A DNA stretch of 64,000 nucleotides from Gonapodya sp. JEL0774 (lineage: Eukaryota). The stretch is from NCBI GenBank assembly GCA_027604505.1, contig JADIIX010000066.1, forward strand, positions 1 to 64,000, given 5' to 3'. The translations under genes and the position numbers were made by a program. This document shows, piece by piece, positions 1-10,076 of the stretch. How positions within the stretch are numbered: the first letter of the stretch is position 1; the number at the start of each line of letters is the position of its first letter. The notes below the pieces were generated by a model. That model was not told the DNA's origin and did no database searches. It saw nothing but the letters and a program-made list of their open reading frames with translations.

Positions 1-159
1 GGTCACGTTGATGACTTCATTTGCATTGCACCAAACTCTACAATCACTGATGAATTTAAATCTGAACTTGCAAAGCACTTCAAATGCAAATCTGGTGATC
101 TGGATACGTTCCTTGGAGTTGAAGCGAAACAGAACACACTTACAGGGACAATTTGTTGA
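1..159 (+). mobile_element. Ty1/copia-type reverse transcriptase remnant (truncated)
   Basis: Frame +1 reads GHVDDFICIAPNSTITDEFKSELAKHFKCKSGDLDTFLGVEAKQ..C*. This matches the copia RT pattern YVDD...FKxELxxxFKxKDLG..xFLG(I/V)E and ends in a premature TGA. Absent from the ORF track. Confidence 0.75.
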
Positions 160-214
160 AACTTGACTTGTGTTTTTCTCACACACAGTACATGGGAAAT
201 TGAGCTGCTTTTAT

Positions 215-2791
215 TCATCGCTTTCTTGCCATTATTACAGGAAACTCTTGTTTCCACTTCTTTAATAACAATAAACTTTTTATCATCCCCACACCTAAAC
301 GCGCCCTCTTATCACCAATGACATTCCTGCCCACTGAGAAGATCCTCTCTGCCTCCGCACTTGTTGCTGGAATTCCAAGGTAGTCCCATGCCATCCGTTG
401 GAGTCCAGGGTGGTCTGTCCTCCCTTTCCAATATTCCAGCAGGTCTGTCTTCCTGGGCCTACGTGCCTAACCAAGATACCGGTCCAGTTCTCCTACCATC
501 TCCTCATCATCGTCAAAAAGGTTTGACAAGAGAAGGTCCCGAGACATTCGTTCGCCCCGTACCCGTCCCATGTCTGACCCAGCATCGGAGTATCCTGCCT
601 GATACACCGTCCTGACTGCATTGTCTGCCTGTCGGACATACACAGACTCCCACTGTTGTTCCCGCATCCACGACAGCTTGTAGGCAGGGTGTAGAACTTC
701 CACATTGATTAGTTTTTCAGACGAGAAAAGTTGAATCCGCAAGGGGGAATACTCACCTAGTGCAATCCAATAAAGCTTTGAATCGTCTGTCTTTGCATAG
801 TATTTCTGCAGTACATCCATGATGCTTGCCCGAACTGCCACAAGAAGTGGCTCTGAGTCCAAATCCTTGTCCACGAGCCTGTCCATGATGATGTTGAAGA
901 GTGGGACCACCATTACAAGGGTTGGGTACACCACACCCTCAACAATCGACAGAGCTTGGGCCATAGGCTGGTCGCTGGAATCAACCAACGTAAACAATTG
1001 AAAAACATTTCCACACTCACGTCGAGCAGTTTCCTGACCTTCTCCAAGTAGTTCCACTCATCCTCCGACAGCTTCAATTCCCGAAGACTCCTGTCAGATG
1101 CCGAAGCTTCTCGACCTCCTTCCTGTCCTGCATGGCTCGGGTAATGGCATCGAAGTTCAACTTCCACCGGGTTCCCACAGGAGCAACCAGCTCCCGAGCC
1201 TTAGATGGGTCGGAAAACTGCGAGGCGTATAGCTTGCGAGTCTGCAGAGACTTACAAACTCTGAAAATAAGCTTGTACAGCCTGCCATTCATGGGTAGCG
1301 ATAGTCAAGTGACAGTCAGCCCACAAAAACGCACAAAACTTGAACTCACCTTTTCCACTGGTCCACCATTCCCACCAGTCACATCTTCCTCCTCAAATTC
1401 TAGAAGTCGAAGCTTGGCCAGACCAGCGCGGACTGCGAGGTGGAGGATGTGGGCAAAACACCAGACCAAGGAATCCTCCGAATCAAAATCCTGAGGGACA
1501 TCTGGTGCAGCCATGATTGCTCGCAGCATTGTCCGTTGTGAACGATAGGAGCTTCGTTCAATCGATGGGTTTCGAAAGTCTGGGTAAAAGAACAGCCAAA
1601 AAACTTGCAAACAAAATCAAACTCACCTTACTGGTGAGACCCCTCTTCCTCAGAGCTTCCAATATAATTGATGCAAGGTTGTCCCCCGAATGTTGACCCT
1701 TCACATGAATGAAGTCCAGTAGGACCTTCTTCATAGTCCAATCCCGTCCCACCCAGTGTCCTGTGACAGCAGCAAAGCTGTGTCGCTGGTGCCAAGTAGT
1801 CCAAACATCTGTTGTGCATGCAATTCGAATGCAGTCTTCCTGAATATGGGGTTGGAAATGGTTTGGTCGACAACTTCAAACCTACTCACCTCCAACAGCT
1901 TGTACAGGATTCCGTCCAGTCGCTCCATTTTGTCCAAAATATCCCCTCGAATCATGTCCGCTGAAATCCGGGGCGCTTCAGGGCAGGCAACCGCCATCAT
2001 CTGCAAAAACCACCAGTTCGATGGTTCAGAGAGAGGCTGGTCAGAAGCTACGACCCAATTGAGCACAGCCGCCCGATAGGCATCATCCTTGAATACCTGT
2101 GAGCAATTTTGAGTCCTGGAAAAGTCATCTGCCTCAAGTGTCACTCACTGGAATCACCTCACGTTTCCGCTTTGGTGCAGTTTGCATGTCCACAAGGGTC
2201 ATCTGACTTGGGCCCGTTCCTTTCTTCTCATCCAGCTTCTTACGAGTCTCAGGATCCTTGATTGAATTGGCGTGAAATCGGATGGTGTGCAAAATGAGAG
2301 TTGACGTCGACAAATGGTTTGTCATATCGTACCTTGCGAAAACATTACAACCATGGAAATAAAAAGTAATGAAAAAGCTTACGTCACTCCTTTGCAGCCA
2401 TTCTGTCCTGCGTGGAGGCAGATTGCCCTCTTTTGTGATCCATTCTCCTGTTTCTCAAAATGGCCATCCCGGAACACCCAAGACGACTCCCGCTTGCCTG
2501 AAACAAAACGTTTGGCAGTGGTCCATTCGCTATGAACATTGGTGACAGATGCGTTCATTTCCGATTCGGGATGCATTGAGTTCCGAGTGAGTTCGGTGAG
2601 TTAACTCACAAGTTATATTATATAAACTTGTTACTTGCTCACTCACTAAAACATACAACTCGCAACTCGCTCACTGAACTATATATGCAACTCGCAACTT
2701 GGCTTGCTCACACCTTTCTCAACTCATACTCGCACTCGCAAGTTGCGAGTGAGTGAGTGAGCGAGTTTCGACTCACTCACTCATAACATTG
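215..2791 (-). mobile_element. hAT-superfamily DNA transposon with a pseudogenised, intron-containing transposase
   Basis: BED-finger-like N-terminus (SWVF..HF..AICLH..C..LILHTIRFH), catalytic TTDVWT and TTDNAASN, CFAHILHL, TRW, LHPAYK, ELDRYL and a hATC dimerisation domain (LLEYWK..HPGLQRMAWDYLGIPATSAEAERIFS). In-frame TAG at 467-469; frameshifts near ~1515 and ~1100. Several GT-AG introns. Confidence 0.9.
2577..2791 (-). repeat. hAT 5' terminus: putative TIR (CAATGTTATGAGTGAG...) and subterminal ACTCAC/ACTCGC repeat array with palindromes
   Basis: Many copies of actcac/actcgc and the complement gagtgagt; palindrome actcgcaa-g-ttgcgagt. The minus strand begins CAATGTT at 2791, resembling hAT CAGTGTT-type ends. 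Confidence 0.7.
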
Positions 2792-3269
2792 ATGCCACAG
2801 CGACTGTGGTGACTCCTGTCTGACGGTGAGCGTTGGTAACACCTGACAGGGCAGACCAACCAGTACACCGGCGAGCAGGTGGAAGCTCACCCGGGAATCC
2901 TGCCCGACCTGCTGCTGCGTGGATACCTGATGGGAAGGTCTTGTTGGGTTTGATCACAAAGGCGCCTGGTGCTGGGAGATGAGGGGTGGATTGGTGGAGA
3001 CCCTTGTCTGCCAGAGTGATAGGGCTGAATTCCCATGCAGGTGGGCTAATGGTGATGCTGCTGGGTTCTTTGCCCTTGTAGGAGGATGCCATCTCTTGGG
3101 ATGGGTTGATGATGGTGCAATCAGCAGCCAGCGGCAGCAGTGTGTTAGAGGGGAGTTGAACTTCCATATCGTCGATGCTGTAGCCCGTAAGAGATTTCAG
3201 AGTCCGAGCGATTGAGATTGCACATGTCACGAGGGTTGGGTAATGACGGGAGGGGCCGATACAGGCCAC
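2792..3269 (-). pseudogene. Ser/Pro/Ala-rich ORF truncated by the hAT end; possible retrotransposon gag N-terminus
   Basis: 162-aa ORF whose last codons and stop lie inside the hAT TIR. Low-complexity composition and transposon-rich context; no diagnostic motif. Confidence 0.3.
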
Positions 3270-4140
3270 AGACAGCAGGATACGGGAATGACAGTCGTCC
3301 CCTCAATTGTGATGTCCTGTACACAGGTAAGTACGAGACCTCACTCATATATACACACCTCTTTGTTGGGTTAGAAAGGTATTTGGAGCTGGAGAGCCAA
3401 ACGAATTGTATGTATGTTTTTGTGAAAGTGACGAGAAAGGGAGGCACCCGAAACATGTTTCAGCATATAACATTTGGACTTCACACAACAACTTTCATTC
3501 CGAAGTACATTATCATACATTCCCTTCTTTGATATCCGAACATCAACATACCCTCCAGGAAGTGTAGTGACCAAGCATTAGCCAGACAGTGCGCAGCAAA
3601 GCAGAGCGGGGAGCGAGGCAATACTAGAGAGGACGTAAAAGAGGACGGCCCTCGGGGTCTGTGAAACTTCGCCCTCAAAGTGTGAATACCGTGACATTGC
3701 CTGGGTACCACCACTGGGAGGTGTTCTTTTCAGAAATTCCGATCATAATTGAGAGGCAGGATATCAGAAATCAATAAGTGCTGAGAAGAAGAAGGCGAAG
3801 AACTCACCACAGTAAAGTCCCCACACCTTCAGAGAGAGAGCAGTCGACGCACCGGAACAATGAAACCAGACGCCTCATCATTAAACAAGGACACAGTACA
3901 TATAAACAAGCACAATGCAAAAAGGGCGTTAACGATAACGCCAATCAAAACGTGGCGATTCTTGTTCTTGAAGTCTTAGCCTAGTTCTCAAATCCTGCCC
4001 CCTCCCTCGCCTTTCCGCCCGCGCGGTCGCGCAACATCATGACCACAGTGCGTGGCTAGTCGCAACGCATGTCATCCAAAGCGTCCTTTACTTGCTATTC
4101 GAGCAACGGAGGTCCGTAAGGGGTGAACAGCGCTTACGCC

Positions 4141-4245
4141 GGGCGCGGGGGGGGGGGCGGGGGGCCCCGGGGCGGGCGGGGGGGGCGCGGCCCGGGAGGG
4201 GGCGGGCGGGGCGGGCGCCGGGCGGGCNNNNNNNNNNCCCCCCCC
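4141..4245. other. Assembly gap (N at 4228-4237) with low-quality G/C-only flanks
   Basis: Ten Ns flanked by almost pure G/C homopolymer-rich sequence, typical of degraded read ends. Confidence 0.9.
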
Positions 4246-4472
4246 GAAGTCTTCCGCGCGTGCAGCCTGGAAGGAAGGGGAGAGACGTTTCACTACCTCA
4301 GTGTACGTTTCTTCTTGCGCAAATCGCGGGGCTTACATGGGCGAAGTTTCTCCGGGTGAGGGATGAAAGTTTGGTGAAAGGTGTGTGGCTGCATGTTTTC
4401 CGAAGACGCACAAAATTTGTGAGTTCACATTCAGCCTGCGCGCTGTGAAGGTTTCGCCATCACCAAATATTC

Positions 4473-5546
4473 ATGTCCGTGGGATCGATAATTGAGACGA
4501 TCGATGACCTCGAGTTCATCAAGGGAGAGAAACTAGTGATTGGCCCTTCGGAAACCGAGCAGAGAAGGGTGACAGTCGTAGAATTCTGGTGAGTCCCATT
4601 ATAAGTATTTACGGGAATACTGTAAGCCCTCATCTCTTCGTCTCTTCGCTCAATTCGCGAAAAGGGCAACATGTGAGAGCTATCGTCTTTTCATCGATGT
4701 CCGTCATGGTTGCCTACATACACTTGAGTTACAAAAGGGTGTCCACCTTGCCGCCAGTCCATCCCGCATTTGACCGAAGTGCAAAAGAAATACAAAGACA
4801 AAGACGTTTACCTTGTCGGGGTCACCAATGAACGAAACAAGAGGGTGAGTCCATTGGCGAGGGGAGTGGGCCTGTCGGCAGCTGTAGCTCGAATCGAGCA
4901 CATCGCTGTCGTTTACACCTCGTGGGACACTCGCGCATTTCAATTGGTTTCCAAGGATAGGTTGGGGGGAAGCTCTGTCTCACTACCCGACCTATTCCCG
5001 CTCTATATGCTTCTGCCACTTTCTATCCTCTTGAACCCGTGCTTTTACTTCACCTTCTAGCAAATCGAGCAATTCGTGTCCCAAATGGGCTCGCAAATGG
5101 ACTACACCGTTGCCCTCGACCCTTCCAACAGCGCCCAAGAGGCCCTCATGGTTCCAGCCGGTGCTCGTGGCATTCCACACGCTTTTATCCTCACTCCCGA
5201 CAACAAGGTCGCATGGCACGGCCACCCCATGGAACCTGCCTTCGAACAGGAGCTAGAGAAAGCAGCAAAATCGGCGACGCCGAGGATCAAAGTGAAGCCC
5301 ATTTTAGAATCCGAGGATGAGTTAATGAAGAGGTCGGTGAAGGACCTGAAGGCATTATTGCAGGAGAGGGGCGTGTATTTTGCAGATTGTGGTAGGTTGG
5401 GCTTTCGAGGTTTGGTATCGGGATCGATTCATGCAACGTGCAGATTGTTAACAATTCGCCGTCTTCTCTCCGTTCATCCCTCTTTCTCTTTAGTCGAAAA
5501 GAGCGATCTTGCGAAGCGCATTGTGGAACGTTGCAGCAAGGTCTAA
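4473..5546 (+). CDS. TlpA/ResA-like thioredoxin-fold oxidoreductase (WCPPC) with a C-terminal SAP/ARMET_C-like helical domain
   Basis: Spliced model (4473-4588, 4665-4672, 4738-4844, 5061-~5391, ~5494-5546) gives VVEFWATWCPPCRQSIPHLTEVQKKYKD..VGVTNE..MDYTVALD..GIPHAFIL..KVAWHGHPM..SVKDLKALLQERGVYFADCVEKSDLAKRI. Confidence 0.85.
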
Positions 5547-5618
5547 ACTTGTCTTGTTCGGCACTCAGCGCATTGTGGAACGTTGCAACAAGGTCTAAGC
5601 TTTGCTTGTTCGCCACTC
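5515..5618 (+). repeat. Tandem duplication, 2 x 52 bp, spanning the thioredoxin stop codon
   Basis: agcgcattgtggaacgttgc(a/g)..caaggtctaa..cttgttcg.cactc starts at both 5515 and 5567. Confidence 0.9.
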
Positions 5619-5752
5619 GGTTATCTGTGTTTTTCTCTCTCTTTTCTTTTTTTTGAACGTCTATATATACAACGGCATGTTTAAAAAGACGCAGAAAGGT
5701 CCAATTATTTTCATGAAAGTCAGGATCTGTTTCGCCCACGCCACGCCTCCAA

Positions 5753-6698
5753 TTATTCCTCCTCTTCCTCCAGCTCGTGGCCTTCCTCGACCAACTCACA
5801 CCATTCCTCCCACCAGGCCGCCAACTTTTCCACGTTCCCGTCAAGATCCCCTGACCCGTCTGACCTCAGCTCGCAAAGAGCACGCCGGGAGTACGCACCG
5901 AGGGCTTCTTCCAAACACACTTGCATGATTTCTGCGGTGGTGTTTTCAGTGAGTTTCGCTTGCGGGTAGTTTCTACAGGAGGACCAGGGAGAACGATGAG
6001 TGGGGGCTGAAGCAGAAAGCACGCTTGCAATGCAACGAGGATACGCCCATCCACATCCGAATGAATTGCCACTTCCTCAAAGTTGAAATGTACAATTCCG
6101 CTCCACTCGCGGTACTCGAGTTCGAACACTCTTTCGAATTCATTGGTTTGGTTTCAAACAATAACACGCACCTCTGCTCTAATCTGCGATACAACACTCC
6201 ATTGTCCGTCCTTAGCACAACCACTAAGTCGAACCACCTCTCTGGGAAAAAGTCACACCCATGATAGTCCACCACTTTGCCACCCTCCGCAAGCTGAGGC
6301 TCGAGTGCATCCACCACCTTGTCCTCGTCCACCACATACGCTGCCCAGGCATCATCGAACCCATCGTGCAGTCCGCGCTCCTTAACCCACTGCCCCACAT
6401 CTACGTGCTCCGCATTGACTGCCAGCGCCAACAGCTCTGCAGTTGTTGATTTCCCTGTGCCCGGGGTACCGGTGATCAGAATGTTGGGACGTCGTCTTCG
6501 CGCAGTGCGGGCGAACTTGGATGGAACGGCCGGTGGTAAGGAGGAAAGTAGGCGGTCATCATTATCATCATCTTCGTCATCTCGGTCTGGGTGGATGCCA
6601 TCAGTGTCGTTCCCGGCTCCGTTGGCGTCTGATCGCGGGTAAGTGTCGCCGAGCTCTAAATCGTCGTCCATCATTTCTGACTCGAAGATGCCAGCCAT
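5753..6698 (-). CDS. FAP7: Adenylate kinase isoenzyme 6 (Fap7/hCINAP homolog)
   Basis: RRPNILITGTPGTGKSTTAE Walker A, VDYHGCDFFPERWFDLVVVLRTDN, then after one intron (~5976-6170) NYPQAKLTENTTAEIMQVCLEEA. Acidic N- and C-terminal tails. Confidence 0.95.
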
Positions 6699-7437
6699 CT
6701 TAGATCTCGTCAGCTATCAGGATTGGAATGCTTCTGTCCTAGACGGACGGATGCTCAGTCGGCTTTCAATATCTTGTTTTTTGGGGAAATTTAATTGGAG
6801 CTCTGAAAAGAGAAAGTGGCAGGGGACGGATCCAATCCTGAGTTTGCGGCACCCCGGAGATTCGGATTTGGTCGGCGACGGACCCATACACGATTTTCAC
6901 ATACGAAATCCGGATTGTATCATGGTTCGGACTCTGGAGTGCCCGGGTCAGATTAGTTGGCTGGGTTCAGTCGCTGCATTTGTTCCAATTTCGTTTCCAA
7001 CTGAAGCCCAGAGCTCAGATAACACAATCCACGTATATCTCATCTAATAATATCACTGACTTTTTGCATGCAATCGAAGATAGATTCCTGATAAAAGAGT
7101 TTCATTCAAACCTTTGTTCCTTCCGTCATTCCCACCTAATTTCTTCACAAAAATTACTGGGTTTCAAAGTCGAATTAGCGCAATAGCGACAGCCTGTGCG
7201 ACCTTGTGAAGTAATAAGTGTATGTTCGGCTATTGGAAGTTCTGGGCTGGCTGGGACTGGTGGGACAGAACTTGGATTTGCTGTGTTTCTTGGGATAATC
7301 TCCCGGGACTCCTCCCACGGTCTCCATTAGTTCCTCTACATCCCTGATTCTCCAGCTTGCGTCGCCTTCGCGCGTCAACGGTGGATCGACGTGGAACGCG
7401 ATTTTCGTGAAGTGAGGGTTTCTCCCAGCTCACATCA

Positions 7438-9861
7438 ATGGCGGCACTTATAACAGAGGACGGTCAGAACAGGCTGCAGGTACGTTTTCGTTGCGATACT
7501 CAATCTGAGTTTGATTGCCGATTCATATCTGTATCTGCGGCTTCCACGACTTTCTGTCCTCGTTTGCACATTCGCTGTTTCGCCACACCACTGCATGATC
7601 ACCGTCGGTTCTTTTCCCTTTCCATCACTATTCGCCATCCTCAGGACGCCATCCAAGAAAAGCTCCGGGAACTGGGAATCGATAATGATGTGCTTGCGCA
7701 GTTCGTTGCGGTAATGGTCTGTAACGGGAAGACGAGACCTCAGGTAGAGGAGGAACTGTCCACGAGTGAGTAGGAGAATTTGTAGATTTAAGAGAAGAGG
7801 TGACTGAAGAGGACGCGGCGATTCTTGGCGAATGCAAGGTGGAGTTACCGAAGCAGTCATATTAGATTTGAATCCAGCATGAGACACTGCTTGCAGTCTC
7901 TAACTCGCTATTGTTAATGAAAGCTGGTGAATTTGGGTTTACATGCGTCGTCAACCTGATTTGGGTTGAACCGATCGAAATTTGTAAACACTTTCCTCTA
8001 TACTTTCGATGGAACATTTGCTTTGCTGTTCAGTCAGCTGACATGGCGTGTACTCACCGTTATCCGCTCCGCTTTTCTCACTTTGTCCGGTGAACTCCTC
8101 CTTAATCACTCCTTCGACCAATCCTTAAAGTTGTTGGCGATGAAATGGACGTCTCGGGATTCTGTGGTTGGCTTTTTGCCAGCATGGGACCAATTCTTTC
8201 AGGACAGTCACCGTCAGTTGTCGGCCCGGGTGTGAAAACAGAGGACGGGATGGATAGTAAGTAGATTTTGAAGTTGTCCCGAACATCCTTCACTCTCCTC
8301 GAATCCTCCCACTAATAATACATCTCTCGCATTTCAGCTCACGGCCCCCAAACTGTCAACTTCAATTTTGACAGCTCTCACGCCACCCCCATCCCCGTTG
8401 ACATCTCGGACTCACGCTCGTCCGCACCCCGCCGATTCCGCCAAAACCGTCTCCTCGATATGGCAATTGAGTCAGCCGCCCGAGACACGGGTGCGGGCGC
8501 GTCAGTCTTTGCTGTCGCGGGGGCTGTGAACCCGAGCTACAGGCCTGCAGGCCGGCCGGGTGCTCGTGTCTCCCCCCAGCCCGCACTTATCCAGGCGCAA
8601 ATGGGAGGCGCATTCGACGAAAGCCAGGGTGTCATCAATTGGGATGATTCAGAGATGCCCATCGATGGCGAGTTCCCGCCTGTGCCTGGCTCCGGACCCA
8701 TTCGCGGACGCGGGCAACCAACCAGGCAGCAACCGTACCCTCAACCGATTGTGGGCGCCGCCGCCAAAGGCATCAAGACACCAGGCCCGCCACCGCCCGC
8801 AAACCCGCTCCCTAGGCAGGATGTGGACCAACTTGTAAACGAACCGGCTACAACCTTCACGGTAACTCTCAACGGGCAGGTGATTGAGGAGAGGGTAGAA
8901 ACTAAGCCTGTACGGTGTAGCTATTGGCCGCAGTGCAAGAACGGTGCTCAATGCAGATTCTGGCACCCTGTGGAAGTAAGTTCAATCGTAATTTATCTCT
9001 GTGGGCAACTGTGCGAATTGTGAGCCAACCACGCATTTGTGCACACGACAGCTCTGCCCGCAGTGGCCCAACTGCCCTTACTCCGACTCTCAGTGCCTCT
9101 ACATTCACCCTGCCAAATCCTCCATCCAACGCCAAAATCAACCATCCGTGGCTTCTGTAACTGCAGGCACTCCTGGTGCGAAACGTGGAGGGGCAGCCTA
9201 CCAACCGCCGAGGGCATTCCCCAACAAAACCCTCAACACTACTGCCAATACCGGAGATCTCGCTGCCTCTGCATCTTCCGGAGCTCCCGTCTCTGGAGTC
9301 ATCCCTTCCCCGACGCTGCAGGATTGCATGTACGGGGCCAATTGTGCTCGTGCTGACTGCAAATTCTTCCATCCCTCCCCATCCGCCATTACCCTTCCCC
9401 GTGCTGGCGTTGGACGCGTTCCCATGACCGACCCGCGTCGAGCCGCTCGCTGCAAATACTTCCCCGCATGTGAGAACCCGGATTGTGGTTTCTACCACCC
9501 CAGTCCAGCTGCCGCAAAGTCTGGGGGTCCTCGGGTGGCTGGTGCGTCAACCGTGGATGACTCCTTGATGATTGATGTGGACGGCGATGGCGCCCTTTCC
9601 GGATCCATCGGATCATCGTCCAGTGCTGGATTAACGGGTGCTCGCTCACCCATGAACGGCAAGATCCCTGTGGCATGCAAGTTTGTTCCCTTTTGCACGA
9701 GGCCCAACTGCGCATTCGAGCACAAACCTGAGGTCCTGGAAAAGCTGGAGGCGGAGAAACGAAATGGTGCTGCAACCGCGGACCGCAAGTTTGCGGCAGA
9801 ACAGGTGGAGGAGAGGGTTCCTGTCGCAAAAGTCGAGGGAGAGGACACGGTGATGGCGTGA
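7438..9861 (+). CDS. NAB2: Nuclear poly(A)-binding protein Nab2/ZC3H14 homolog
   Basis: PWI-like N-terminus (DAIQEKLRELGIDNDVLAQFVAVMVCNGKTRPQVEEEL) and five C-x5-C-x4-6-C-x3-H fingers (CSYWPQC.., CPQWPNC.., CMYGANC.., CKYFPAC.., CKFVPFC..). Multiple introns. Confidence 0.85.
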
Positions 9862-10076
9862 TGTCGGGTGCCATGATTAGCAGGTCACAAATGGGAGAGA
9901 TGGTAGTAGATCACGACTCTTTTGTCACGAATCAAAAATCTTCCCAACCGAACTCCGAAATATACACAGTGCTTCGTTCCAATATCATCATTTACAAAAC
10001 AATACACATATAACGGTATCTGGTGCAACAATTAAACATTCACAATACGCAAGAATGCAACAAAAAAAACGTTGTT

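Noticed and set aside
2577..2791. CRISPR-like or telomeric array
   Set aside because: Short irregular units in both orientations with no spacers; explained as hAT subterminal repeats.
3364..3548. Solo copia LTR bounded by TGTTG...CAACA
   Set aside because: No matching 5-bp target-site duplication (ctctt vs taccc or acttt).
4141..4245. Extremely G/C-rich stretch with Pro/Gly-rich ORFs or G-quadruplex potential
   Set aside because: It flanks an N gap and looks like low-quality read ends; the ORFs crossing it are artefacts.
4660..4760. Selenocysteine (UGA) version of the thioredoxin active site
   Set aside because: Both active-site codons are Cys (TGT, TGC). The nearby tga is part of the gtgaga splice donor, and no convincing SECIS lies downstream.
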